DNA from: Candidatus Cloacimonadota bacterium
GTDB lineage: Bacteria; Cloacimonadota; Cloacimonadia; Cloacimonadales; Cloacimonadaceae
Direction of reading: 5' to 3'
Assembly (NCBI GenBank): GCA_035357855.1
Contig: DAOPOH010000001.1
Span: 79,949-143,948, forward strand
DNA length: 64,000 nucleotides
The notes beneath the pieces were generated by a model. That model saw nothing but the letters and a program-made list of their open reading frames with translations. It made no database searches and was not told the DNA's origin. Shown piece by piece: positions 29,726-37,845 of the stretch (positions within the stretch are counted from its first letter, which is position 1; every line of letters starts with the position of its first letter). A program made the position numbers and the translations under genes.

Positions 29726-31285
29726 CTAAGCGCTTTCCGGCTCATAATCCAATATTTTGATTAAATTAGGGCCTTTTAACTGAATTGCAATTTTGCCTTT
29801 GAACTGAGGGTCAAAACTCATACCCCCGTTATCCAAACTGAAGAGAGCAGTGATTTTTTTAATTGTGCAATCCGTAATTACCAAAACCGGTTCGGGATTT
29901 TCTTGTCCGTAAGGCAGCAAAAGTTCCAATTCCTGCCATAAATTATTATTCAACTCTACGGAAGAAAGAACAGCATCCACTTGTAATATAAGAGCTTGCT
30001 TTATTGCTTCGGAACGCGGTTGCAGATAAGCGTGAAATTGTTCTATGAATTTGTCGTAATTTTCAGGCTGCATTGTAAATCCTGCCGCTTTAGCATGACC
30101 GCCAAACTGGAGCAAACTGTCTTTGCAGGCAGTAAAGGCTTCCACCATATTGAACCCCGTATCGCACCTGCCTTCGCAAGCAAGAGTGTGGTCTTTTTTC
30201 TTGAGCATAAGCGCCGGTATTTTTAGATTATTGACTACATAAGTGGCAGCGGTCCCCAAAAGAGAATAGGGGATTAGGTCATCATCGTCAAGATAAATGA
30301 AAGCGTCTCCGTTGAAGTTTTCCATCATTGTATCCATTAACTTGAAAATCCTATTCATTTCCATTTCCCACTTATTTTTTTCTTCTTCCAGAATTTGAAA
30401 AGAGTGAGCTTTTTCATCACTTACTTGGAGCATGAAACGAAGGGCAAGATGCTGACCGTTTTCTTCTCTGCCGTTAGCCAAAAGTCTGCTGCAGAATTGA
30501 ATAAAATTCATTTTATCGGTTGTGGAGGAAATCCGATTAAAATTCCTCAGCAAAAAATCTATAGTATTATCTTTTGCCGTTTGCCAATTGTCTAAAACGA
30601 AGCGAATAAGAATGCGATTAAGATCGGTCATCGGAACTTTGTCTGCAATGGACCCGACTGCTGTCCAAAAATACAATGCAGGGTCTATCGGATGGTTCAA
30701 TATCTTTCCTAAATATCGAATCAGCATAAGCGTTACACCCACTCCTGCCAACATCTTAAAAGGATATATGTCATCCGGTAACTGCGGATTAACAATCGCA
30801 TAGGCATTCGGCATTTGGTCCGGCTGAACTAAATGATGGTCGGTTACAATAACATCACAGCCCATCTTATTTAATTCTTCCACTCCTTCGTATGCGCTGA
30901 TACCGTTATCCACTGTTATGACCAAAGGGTAGTTTCCGCTTTGGGCAAAATTCAGGAATGAAGGCTGAATGCCGTGCGGTTCCAAATTGCGGTTCGGAAT
31001 GTAATACTGATGCTTTTGATAGCCGCAGGCTTCCAAAAAACAGTATAAAATGTAAGCGGAAGTAATGCCGTCCGGATCATCATGCCCAAAAATTACCAAA
31101 GGTTCGTTACGATAAAGAGCTAATCTGATTCGCTGTGCTGCTTTGTCTATATTGCTTAGTAAACTTTCATCCGGCAAATCATCCAAGGTCTTATGCAGCG
31201 CATCATCAGTTAAACCTCTTGCTTGTAAAACCTGCTGCCAAACAGGCTGACCGGGTTGCGTCTTAATCTGCCAACGCATCTTCAT
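29726..31285 (-). CDS. recJ: single-stranded-DNA-specific exonuclease RecJ (DHH family)
   Basis: DHH-family motifs IFGHDDPDGITS, TVDNGIS and VTDHH, with a DHHA1-like GGHAKAAG. Confidence 0.8.
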   Translation of the reverse strand: MKMRWQIKTQPGQPVWQQVLQARGLTDDALHKTLDDLPDESLLSNIDKAAQRIRLALYRNEPLVIFGHDDPDGITSAYILYCFLEACGYQKHQYYIPNRNLEPHGIQPSFLNFAQSGNYPLVITVDNGISAYEGVEELNKMGCDVIVTDHHLVQPDQMPNAYAIVNPQLPDDIYPFKMLAGVGVTLMLIRYLGKILNHPIDPALYFWTAVGSIADKVPMTDLNRILIRFVLDNWQTAKDNTIDFLLRNFNRISSTTDKMNFIQFCSRLLANGREENGQHLALRFMLQVSDEKAHSFQILEEEKNKWEMEMNRIFKLMDTMMENFNGDAFIYLDDDDLIPYSLLGTAATYVVNNLKIPALMLKKKDHTLACEGRCDTGFNMVEAFTACKDSLLQFGGHAKAAGFTMQPENYDKFIEQFHAYLQPRSEAIKQALILQVDAVLSSVELNNNLWQELELLLPYGQENPEPVLVITDCTIKKITALFSLDNGGMSFDPQFKGKIAIQLKGPNLIKILDYEPESA

Positions 31286-32517
31286 TCGGTAATTTCCTCC
31301 GCTTTAGGAATTTCGCGAGGAGCAGAACGGTCGTATGCTTTGGTCAAGATATCAAATCCGGTCATTCCTATCATAAACATCAGGGCTCTGTCTTGCAGAT
31401 TGTTATCATCTAAATTTCCGCGCCAGGAGTATTGCACACCGAAATCCAATCGCGTTTCAACTCTCTTTAGCGGTATAGCAAAACCACCGGTAACAGCAGT
31501 TTCACGAACGGTATTTCCATTTGCTAAAAATGGCAATTCCCTGAAGGTTACTCCGCAACGCTTATTCATTTGCCCAACGAATGTCTTGTGTGAGTGTTCT
31601 TTGGGCTCATGTGCGAAGCCTATACCCATTTTCCAACTGTTATGATTCATTCTTGTATTATTTGTTTTGTCCCAAAAACTATATACATAATCTCCGGAAA
31701 TCTTGTATTCATCTGCAAATTTAGCAGTAAGTCCTGTTCCTAATTCATCCGGAACATCAAATTTTGCATCTCCGGCGTTTTCAGTTTCAAAAATTGAAGA
31801 AAGTGTCCTGCTGCCTTCCAAAGTCCGTCCCAAAGAGTAATATAGTCCCAAGGCAATATTATTCCAATCGCCCGTAAAGCCGAAAGTGGCAGAAGGATTT
31901 TTGAAAGTATATGCATCTTTATACACTGCGTTAAACGGCTCAAAATCAATGTCCTGAGCTACTCTTCTGATATCGTGGCCAAAATAATAATTCAAAGCCG
32001 CACCCCAATTCATGTGCTGATAGTGAATGGCATAAATCAAGTCTGCGCGATAGATATATCCGTCAATCGATTGCAGTTCTAAAGCTGAAAGTGTGTCACC
32101 GGTTTCAGTATATGCTGTAAATCTTTTCCTGCTTTGAACTGACCCGGAAGAATAGGAATTGAATTGGAAGCCGAAATGATGATTTTTTAGCGGAACTGCC
32201 ACACTGAAATAAGGAAAATCAAGAGAGTTATCCCTATATGATTTTTCTTCTTCATCTCTTGATTTATAATTTGTCCAGCCGCAAAGAATACCGGTTGAAA
32301 ATTGAGTTGCAGTGATTGAACCCAAGATTGCGGGATTGCCGTAACCAAAATTGCGCCGGAAAATATCTGAAATTCCAGTATCTCCCATGCTCATCCCGTA
32401 AATATCGTTGCCGTAATTTTTGCAAGCCATTCCGTCTGCAGAAAAGATGGAATTACCGGCACTCAGACCGGTGCTCAAAATAATCATCAAGAATATTAGT
32501 AAATAATGCAATTTCAT
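31282..32517 (-). CDS. hypothetical outer-membrane beta-barrel protein
   Basis: It has a signal peptide (MKLHYLLIFLMIILSTGLSAG) and alternating aromatic/hydrophilic beta-strand patterns. I recognised no family. Confidence 0.4.
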   Translation of the reverse strand: MKLHYLLIFLMIILSTGLSAGNSIFSADGMACKNYGNDIYGMSMGDTGISDIFRRNFGYGNPAILGSITATQFSTGILCGWTNYKSRDEEEKSYRDNSLDFPYFSVAVPLKNHHFGFQFNSYSSGSVQSRKRFTAYTETGDTLSALELQSIDGYIYRADLIYAIHYQHMNWGAALNYYFGHDIRRVAQDIDFEPFNAVYKDAYTFKNPSATFGFTGDWNNIALGLYYSLGRTLEGSRTLSSIFETENAGDAKFDVPDELGTGLTAKFADEYKISGDYVYSFWDKTNNTRMNHNSWKMGIGFAHEPKEHSHKTFVGQMNKRCGVTFRELPFLANGNTVRETAVTGGFAIPLKRVETRLDFGVQYSWRGNLDDNNLQDRALMFMIGMTGFDILTKAYDRSAPREIPKAEEITE

Positions 32518-33312
32518 TTAAGATTTCCTTTTTCTATGTCTAATCGGAGTTACTGGATCGGGGGGAATGCGAAAGAACTTATAGGCATTTTCGAATGTCT
32601 GTTCCGCGACTTCGTTTGGAGTAATGCCCTTAATTTCAGCTATTTTTTCCACGACTAGATTCAAATAAAGAGGAGTGTTTCTTTCGCCTCTGTGCGGTTG
32701 AGGGCAAAGGTAAGGACTGTCCGTTTCCACCATAAATTGGTTCATCGGAACAATTCTTATCACATCATCCAGATTGGTATTATGATAAGTGACATTGCCC
32801 GTAAAACTTAGAAACCATCCTTCATCCAAAATTTGCTGAGCAAAAATCAAATCACCTGAAAAGCAATGAAATACCGCCTGTTTTATCTTTTCCTTTTTCA
32901 AGGTGTTAAAACATTCCTGGTCAGCGTTGCGATTGTGGATTATCAAAGGCAAATCGTATTCCAAAGCCAGTCGGACCTGAGTGGCAAAAACCTCTCTTTG
33001 AACCTGGTAGGGTGAAAGATTGCGGAAAAAATCCAGTCCTGTTTCTCCGATAGCCAAAACTTTCTTTTCTCGCGCTAATTTCTTTACAATTTCTGCATCA
33101 AAATCCATGGCATCGTGCGGATGATAACCCACGGTGGCAAAAATGTGCAAATGCTCTTTCGCCAATTCTAAAGAGCCCAAAGATGTTTCTTTATTGAACC
33201 CTACGTTTATTATGTATTCAATGCCGCTCTGAAAACACTTGTTAATAAGATTTTCCCGGTCATGATTAAACTCAGGCAAATCCAGATGCGCATGTGTCTC
33301 AAATAGTTTCAT
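32518..33312 (-). CDS. tatD: TatD-family metal-dependent hydrolase
   Basis: ETHAHLDL, HPHD, GETGLD, IHNR and ETDSPYL motifs. Confidence 0.88.
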   Translation of the reverse strand: MKLFETHAHLDLPEFNHDRENLINKCFQSGIEYIINVGFNKETSLGSLELAKEHLHIFATVGYHPHDAMDFDAEIVKKLAREKKVLAIGETGLDFFRNLSPYQVQREVFATQVRLALEYDLPLIIHNRNADQECFNTLKKEKIKQAVFHCFSGDLIFAQQILDEGWFLSFTGNVTYHNTNLDDVIRIVPMNQFMVETDSPYLCPQPHRGERNTPLYLNLVVEKIAEIKGITPNEVAEQTFENAYKFFRIPPDPVTPIRHRKRKS

Positions 33313-33341
33313 ATTTTTTTAATCCTTTTTCACCTTGTAAT

Positions 33342-33566
33342 TCAATCAAAAATAATTATAATAATCTTGTCAAAGGATTTTCTCAGACATACATTTTGCC
33401 TTGATGAATGAAAAGTGACAAACCAAAATGCAAAATAATAAATCTCCGAAAAATTCAAGTCAAGACATTCTTTTCTGAACTCGCCATTTAGGTTTTCTAC
33501 AAAGGGGTTCTGCTGAGGTTTACCGTGAACAATGAAGCTGAGATCAACCTTATTATCCTGAGACAT
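33342..33566 (-). pseudogene. IS3-family (IS2/IS407-type) transposase C-terminal relic
   Basis: Residues DLSFIVHGKPQQNPFVENLNGEFRKECLDLN (about 33456-33545) match the conserved rve-domain end PGKPxQNxFIExFNGxxRxECL, which contains the catalytic Glu. Nothing else of the roughly 280-aa OrfB is present. Confidence 0.6.
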
Positions 33567-34309
33567 TAATAAGATATATCGTCAAAAGGAACTGGCTTGA
33601 TATGACCAAGAATCTCACCTGTGACAGCATCTATATATAAAATATGGGCTTCTCCACTTGGCCCGACTGAGTATGGCATTCTCCAGCAAACCTTATAATG
33701 CTCAGGTCTTCTTATATGTTGAAACTCAGGGGAATAATTCCGAGAAATTAACAATTCATCTTTAAATCTTTGCTTATAATCATTACCAATTTTTTTATCA
33801 AATATTCTAAGCGCTTCCTCGTAAGTCAGATACTTTGACTTAACAAAGTGTAAATCCGGTATAAGAGAACTAATAATATTAACTTCTATAAAGTTCTTTG
33901 TCCTAAACACTACCGTAATACCTGAATGCGGTTCCATTTTCAGATTATCGATTTTCTGATTAAAAGACACCTTGATTCCCATATCATCAGTTCTCATACT
34001 TTTTAGAGATAGTTGATTTATATCTACTCTGATATACGGCAGCAAATTACTGATGAGTAACAAGGCTTGGGATTGGGCCTCAACGGTATCTCTAACTTCA
34101 CAATTTGGAAATGTTCCCCACATTTCCTCGATAACACTTGCGTCCAAGTCAAAGTTTATGGTTCCACGAAATCCAGTCTCTGCTTTAATTCTATCTACCA
34201 ACTGACGTTCTTTTGCTTGCCTTTCAGCCTCTTCAGCCGGCATACTATCTGCATAAATACACGATATGAAAAGTAATAAAATAATGAATGCCAATGAAAT
34301 GCGTACCAT
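33566..34309 (-). CDS. secreted FTP/PepSY (protease-propeptide-like) family protein, paralog 1
   Basis: It has the signal peptide MVRISLAFIILLLFISCIYA, the conserved helix EEAERQAKERQL..IKAETGFRG and a C-terminal PepSY-like ILYIDAVTGEILG. An SD (GAGGGAGAG) lies upstream. It is the most diverged member. Confidence 0.6.
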   Translation of the reverse strand: MVRISLAFIILLLFISCIYADSMPAEEAERQAKERQLVDRIKAETGFRGTINFDLDASVIEEMWGTFPNCEVRDTVEAQSQALLLISNLLPYIRVDINQLSLKSMRTDDMGIKVSFNQKIDNLKMEPHSGITVVFRTKNFIEVNIISSLIPDLHFVKSKYLTYEEALRIFDKKIGNDYKQRFKDELLISRNYSPEFQHIRRPEHYKVCWRMPYSVGPSGEAHILYIDAVTGEILGHIKPVPFDDISY

Positions 34310-34415
34310 TTAACTCTCCCTCATATCTTTTTTTATCTGACAATTCTGTTTATTATAGCTTATAGCTTGTAGGTTTGTATATTTATAATGTGAAATTTTC
34401 GATACTATGTTTCTT

Positions 34416-35156
34416 TTATTTATCATCCATAGTCATATCAACTATCTTGTAAACTTGTCCGGTTTGTGCATCAACATATATAGTCCTTGTGTATCCACCA
34501 GTCCAGCAGAGACGATACTCTGTTCTGGTGTCCCCTTCCCATTCATTATAAATGTTGCAAAAGCGCAAACCCAGAAATGGTCTTCTTTCACGTATGTTCT
34601 TTATGGTTTCATCATCTTTGACATTATCATCATATATTATAACTGCATCTTCGTAGGTAAGGATTGGAGTAATAGTTTGACTCGGCAATTCCACAGTTCC
34701 ATTACTGATAGAGAATCTGTATCTTCCCGCATCGTAAGCTATTAATATTAAACCACCATTTTCAACTCTATATCCATTCACTGTTTGGCAGTACTCTGTT
34801 TCGGTTCTCCCCAAATTATTACTTATTCTGCTCATTGATAATTGACTGCGCGTAGCTAAGGTGTAGGGTAAGAGTTTGTCTATAATCCTATTACATGCTT
34901 GCCTGAAGGAAGTAGTATCTTCATCAGCAGAGAATGGAATATCGGTAAAGTTACCTTCTAACTTTCCGATTCCCATAGTTATGTCGTTAAATTTAATTTC
35001 CCCTCTAAAACCAGTCTCTGCTTTAAATCTATCTGCTACCTGACCCAACTGGTGTTCTTTGGCTTGCCTTTCAGCTTCTTCAGACGGTAAACCATCTGCA
35101 TAACCATAAGATATGGCTAGTAGCAAAATGATGAATACTAATGAAATTCGTGCCAT
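34416..35156 (-). CDS. secreted FTP/PepSY (protease-propeptide-like) family protein, paralog 2
   Basis: Signal peptide MARISLVFIILLLAISYGYA. An FTP-like stretch (TEYCQTVNGYRVENGGLILIAYDAGRYRFSISNG) is followed by a PepSY-like stretch (LTYEDAV...EYRLCWTGGYTRTIYVDAQTGQVYKIVD). An SD (GGGAGGA) lies upstream. Confidence 0.65.
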   Translation of the reverse strand: MARISLVFIILLLAISYGYADGLPSEEAERQAKEHQLGQVADRFKAETGFRGEIKFNDITMGIGKLEGNFTDIPFSADEDTTSFRQACNRIIDKLLPYTLATRSQLSMSRISNNLGRTETEYCQTVNGYRVENGGLILIAYDAGRYRFSISNGTVELPSQTITPILTYEDAVIIYDDNVKDDETIKNIRERRPFLGLRFCNIYNEWEGDTRTEYRLCWTGGYTRTIYVDAQTGQVYKIVDMTMDDK

Positions 35157-35222
35157 TTTATTGTCCTCCCATTAGATATTATTGTATCTTCTATTTATTA
35201 TTTATTTAAAAATATGATTTGA

Positions 35223-35954
35223 TTAGTTATTATTTAGAATATCTTTCTTATCAATGTTCCTAATTACAGAATTAGATACATCTATGTAAATTGAATAACC
35301 GTAAAAGGATAGTACATAGCACAGATAATACCGGTTTCCGTTCTTATCATCTCCCTTTACGTAAGCTATCCTTGGGTTATTTGGTTTATCGTTATCTCCG
35401 ATAAGCTTATTATCCTGTGCTATTTTTACTGCTTGTTCCAAAGATATATTTATTGTGATATTTTCAGGCAATTCCACGCTACCGTTACTGATTCTAAAAC
35501 CATTGCGTCCGACTTCATAGACAATTGTAAGTTTGCCGGCTCCTTCCACCCGATAACCATTGATCTGTTGAAAATACACGGCTCTAATATACCCCGTTTG
35601 CTTTGAAATTTTTGATCTACTCAGGTGTTCACGTTTGGCAAAGGTATAGGGCAGGACTTTATCTAGTATCTGCTCGAACACCACTCTGAAAGAAGCTGTG
35701 TCGGCATTTGCAGTTATCTGAATGTCAGCAAATTTACCTTCTAAAAAGCCCAAGCACATCCTATTTGTATCATAGTTTATCTCCCCTCTAAAACCAGTCT
35801 CTGCTTTAAATCTATCTGCTACCTGATCAAACTGACATTCTTTGGCTTGCCTCTCATCTTCTTCAGACGGAAAACCATCTGCATAACCATACGATATGCC
35901 TAGTAGAATAATAATGAATGCCAATACTATGCGAACCATGTTATCTTCTTTCAT
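35223..35954 (-). CDS. secreted FTP/PepSY (protease-propeptide-like) family protein, paralog 3
   Basis: It shares the N-terminal module: 44 nt are identical to paralog 2 over QVADRFKAETGFRGE. It has an FTP-like QQINGYRVEGAGKLTIVYEVGRNGFRISNG and a different C-terminal module (YYLCYVLSFYGYSIYIDVSNSVIRNID). The start may be M6 at 35939. Confidence 0.6.
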   Translation of the reverse strand: MKEDNMVRIVLAFIIILLGISYGYADGFPSEEDERQAKECQFDQVADRFKAETGFRGEINYDTNRMCLGFLEGKFADIQITANADTASFRVVFEQILDKVLPYTFAKREHLSRSKISKQTGYIRAVYFQQINGYRVEGAGKLTIVYEVGRNGFRISNGSVELPENITINISLEQAVKIAQDNKLIGDNDKPNNPRIAYVKGDDKNGNRYYLCYVLSFYGYSIYIDVSNSVIRNIDKKDILNNN

Positions 35955-36052
35955 TATTTTTGTTTTATCTTACCTGTCTATATATTTTTTTTATCGTTTA
36001 TGAGTTTATGATCATATAATGTAAATATTCCCGATATTATGGTTTGCCTCTA

Positions 36053-36790
36053 TCAATCCATAGTCATATCAACTATTTTGTAAACTTGTCCGGTTTGTGC
36101 ATCGATATATATAGTCTTTGTATAGCCACCTACCCAACATAGACGATATTCTGATCTGGTGTCCCCTTCCCATTCATTATAAATGTTGCAAAAGCGCAAA
36201 CCCAGAAATGGTCTTATCTTTCGTATGTTCTTTATAGTTTCATCGTCCTTGACATTATCATCATAGATTCTAACGGCATCATCGTAGGTAAGAGCCGAAG
36301 TAACATTTCCCTCCGTTAACTCTACAGAATTATCTCCTATATCGAATCTATTCCTACCGGCATCATAAGTGATAACAATAAACCCGCTATTTTCTACTTT
36401 GTATCCATTAACCCATTGCTCATATTCAGTACTGGTATAATTTCCTTGTCTTTTTGTCCGATTCATAGACAATTGGTTGCGTTTAGCTAATGAATAAGGC
36501 AGTATTTTGTCCAATATGGCATTACATACTTGCCTAAATGCAGTAGTATCGGAATCAGCCAAGTAAGGGATATCAGCAAAGTTACCTTCGAATGACTGAA
36601 GTTTCATTCGATTATAATCATAATTTACTTCACCTCTAAAACCAGTCTCTGCTTTAAATCTTTCTGCTACCTGATCCAACTGACGTTCTTTCTCTCTACG
36701 TCCAGCTTCTTCAGCAGAATAATCATCTGCAAAAATACACGATATAAAAAGCAATATAATAATGAATACCAATGAAATTCGTGCCATCAT
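36053..36790 (-). CDS. secreted FTP/PepSY (protease-propeptide-like) family protein, paralog 4
   Basis: The start is taken at ATG-ATG (36790), which is preceded by GGAGGAG and aligns with the M-A-R-I-S-L start of the other paralogs. Of the C-terminal 79 aa, 71 are identical to paralog 2. Confidence 0.65.
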   Translation of the reverse strand: MMARISLVFIIILLFISCIFADDYSAEEAGRREKERQLDQVAERFKAETGFRGEVNYDYNRMKLQSFEGNFADIPYLADSDTTAFRQVCNAILDKILPYSLAKRNQLSMNRTKRQGNYTSTEYEQWVNGYKVENSGFIVITYDAGRNRFDIGDNSVELTEGNVTSALTYDDAVRIYDDNVKDDETIKNIRKIRPFLGLRFCNIYNEWEGDTRSEYRLCWVGGYTKTIYIDAQTGQVYKIVDMTMD

Positions 36791-36964
36791 AGTCTCCTCC
36801 AACTTTCCATATGATTTAACTTTTAACTGTTGATTCACCAATGTTAGTGTAAATTCCAACTCATTGTTTCTCAGGTTGTTTTAGGGCATCTGATATCTCT
36901 CGTTACTCACAATCTATGTAATGCCAAACGACAACTTTCATTATTTTCATCTTATAAATTCAAG

Positions 36965-37261
36965 TCAAGTTTTTTTAAAATAAGCTAACTTATTTCTAAT
37001 GGCATCGGCTTTTTCAGGTTTTCTCTGATTTTTTCCATAGTTTCTGATAGGCACATATCCGGTCTTCTGAATAGCCTTGCAAGAGCGCAACGGATCTTTT
37101 ATCAACGGCAGCAACCCCAGCAGATCAGTTTTGGACATTTTGCTCCGGGCATTGCACATCAGGTGGACAATACAGTGTTGCTTTAGCTGACCGTAAACCA
37201 TTTTGCGAAATAACTTGACCAATTCCGCTCTTTCATCTTTCTTTTTCATTGGTTGAGTCAT
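36965..37261 (-). CDS. hypothetical small basic protein (98 aa)
   Basis: The start is taken at MTQPM (37261), which has a strong SD (AAGGAG) 6 nt upstream. The protein is Lys/Arg-rich and contains an HCxxHxxC cluster. I recognised no family. Confidence 0.4.
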   Translation of the reverse strand: MTQPMKKKDERAELVKLFRKMVYGQLKQHCIVHLMCNARSKMSKTDLLGLLPLIKDPLRSCKAIQKTGYVPIRNYGKNQRKPEKADAIRNKLAYFKKT

Positions 37262-37706
37262 GATCTTCTCCTTGTCTTTTAGTTTTATTAAAACCATCAA
37301 AACAAAGAGACAGATCCGGCTCAACCTTTTTCTTCATTAGGTTCACCTAATTTACACCAACCTTTGAGACACTACCGGAATTCCATTTAGTTTATGTTTA
37401 ACACCGTTTGTCTGTGGAAGAATTCAGAACTACGAAACGGATTCGAGTGCATTGAAGTCCTTTTTAACTCCCAAAAAACACCAGAAAAGAGCGTAATAAA
37501 GAAGTTATTACATTTCATGCTTCATAAAATTATGCTAACCGAAATTTATACTGAAATTTATTTGGAATAGGTAACACCCTTGCATATAAACAGTATTCTA
37601 AGGCTGACGAAAGAAAAAAGAAACGCAAAAAAGCAATTTGGTCTTGACAAAAAAGAGAGAAAAATTGGATTGAACCGTAATTGCATTAAGAACGGAGATA
37701 ACAAGC

Positions 37707-37783
37707 GGGGGCGTAGTTCAGTTGGTTAGAACGTCTGCCTGTCACGCAGAAGGCCGCGAGTTCGAGTCTCGTCGCTCCCGCCA
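37707..37783 (+). tRNA. tRNA-Asp (anticodon GTC)
   Basis: GGGGGCG acceptor stem, TAGTTCAGTTGGTTAGAA D-arm, anticodon loop CT-GTC-AC, GAGTTCGAGTCTC T-arm, CGCTCCC, discriminator G and an encoded CCA. Confidence 0.93.
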
Positions 37784-37792
37784 TCTTTTAAA

Positions 37793-37818
37793 CGCTGTCT
37801 GCGGGCAGCGTTTTTTTT
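37793..37818 (+). terminator. rho-independent terminator after tRNA-Asp
   Basis: CGCTGTC-tgcg-GGCAGCG forms a 7-bp stem with one G-T pair. It is followed by TTTTTTTT. Confidence 0.8.
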
Positions 37819-37845
37819 GTTTTAGAGATAAAGGAGAAAGAAAGG

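Noticed and set aside
36791-36859. A 23-aa N-terminal extension of paralog 4 (MEFTLTLVNQQLKVKSYGKLEET).
   Set aside because: The other three paralogs start at M-[AV]-R-I, and the internal ATG-ATG at 36790 is preceded by GGAGGAG. The extension would also bury the signal peptide.
37325-37706. Possible replication origin. Gene orientation switches from mostly minus (left) to plus (right) around this 380-bp AT-rich spacer.
   Set aside because: I found no good DnaA boxes: the best is TGTGGAAGA, with 2 mismatches to TGTGGATAA. There is no dnaA/dnaN nearby, and plus-strand genes (ppdK, the GcvT-like gene) also occur to the left. A genome-wide GC-skew calculation would be needed, so I do not assert it.
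37707-37783. tRNA-Asp as the integration site (attB) of the FTP/PepSY islet.
   Set aside because: The islet lies on the 5' side of the tRNA, whereas integrases usually target the 3' end. I saw no direct repeat of the tRNA 3' half near 33313-33566, and no integrase gene is present.
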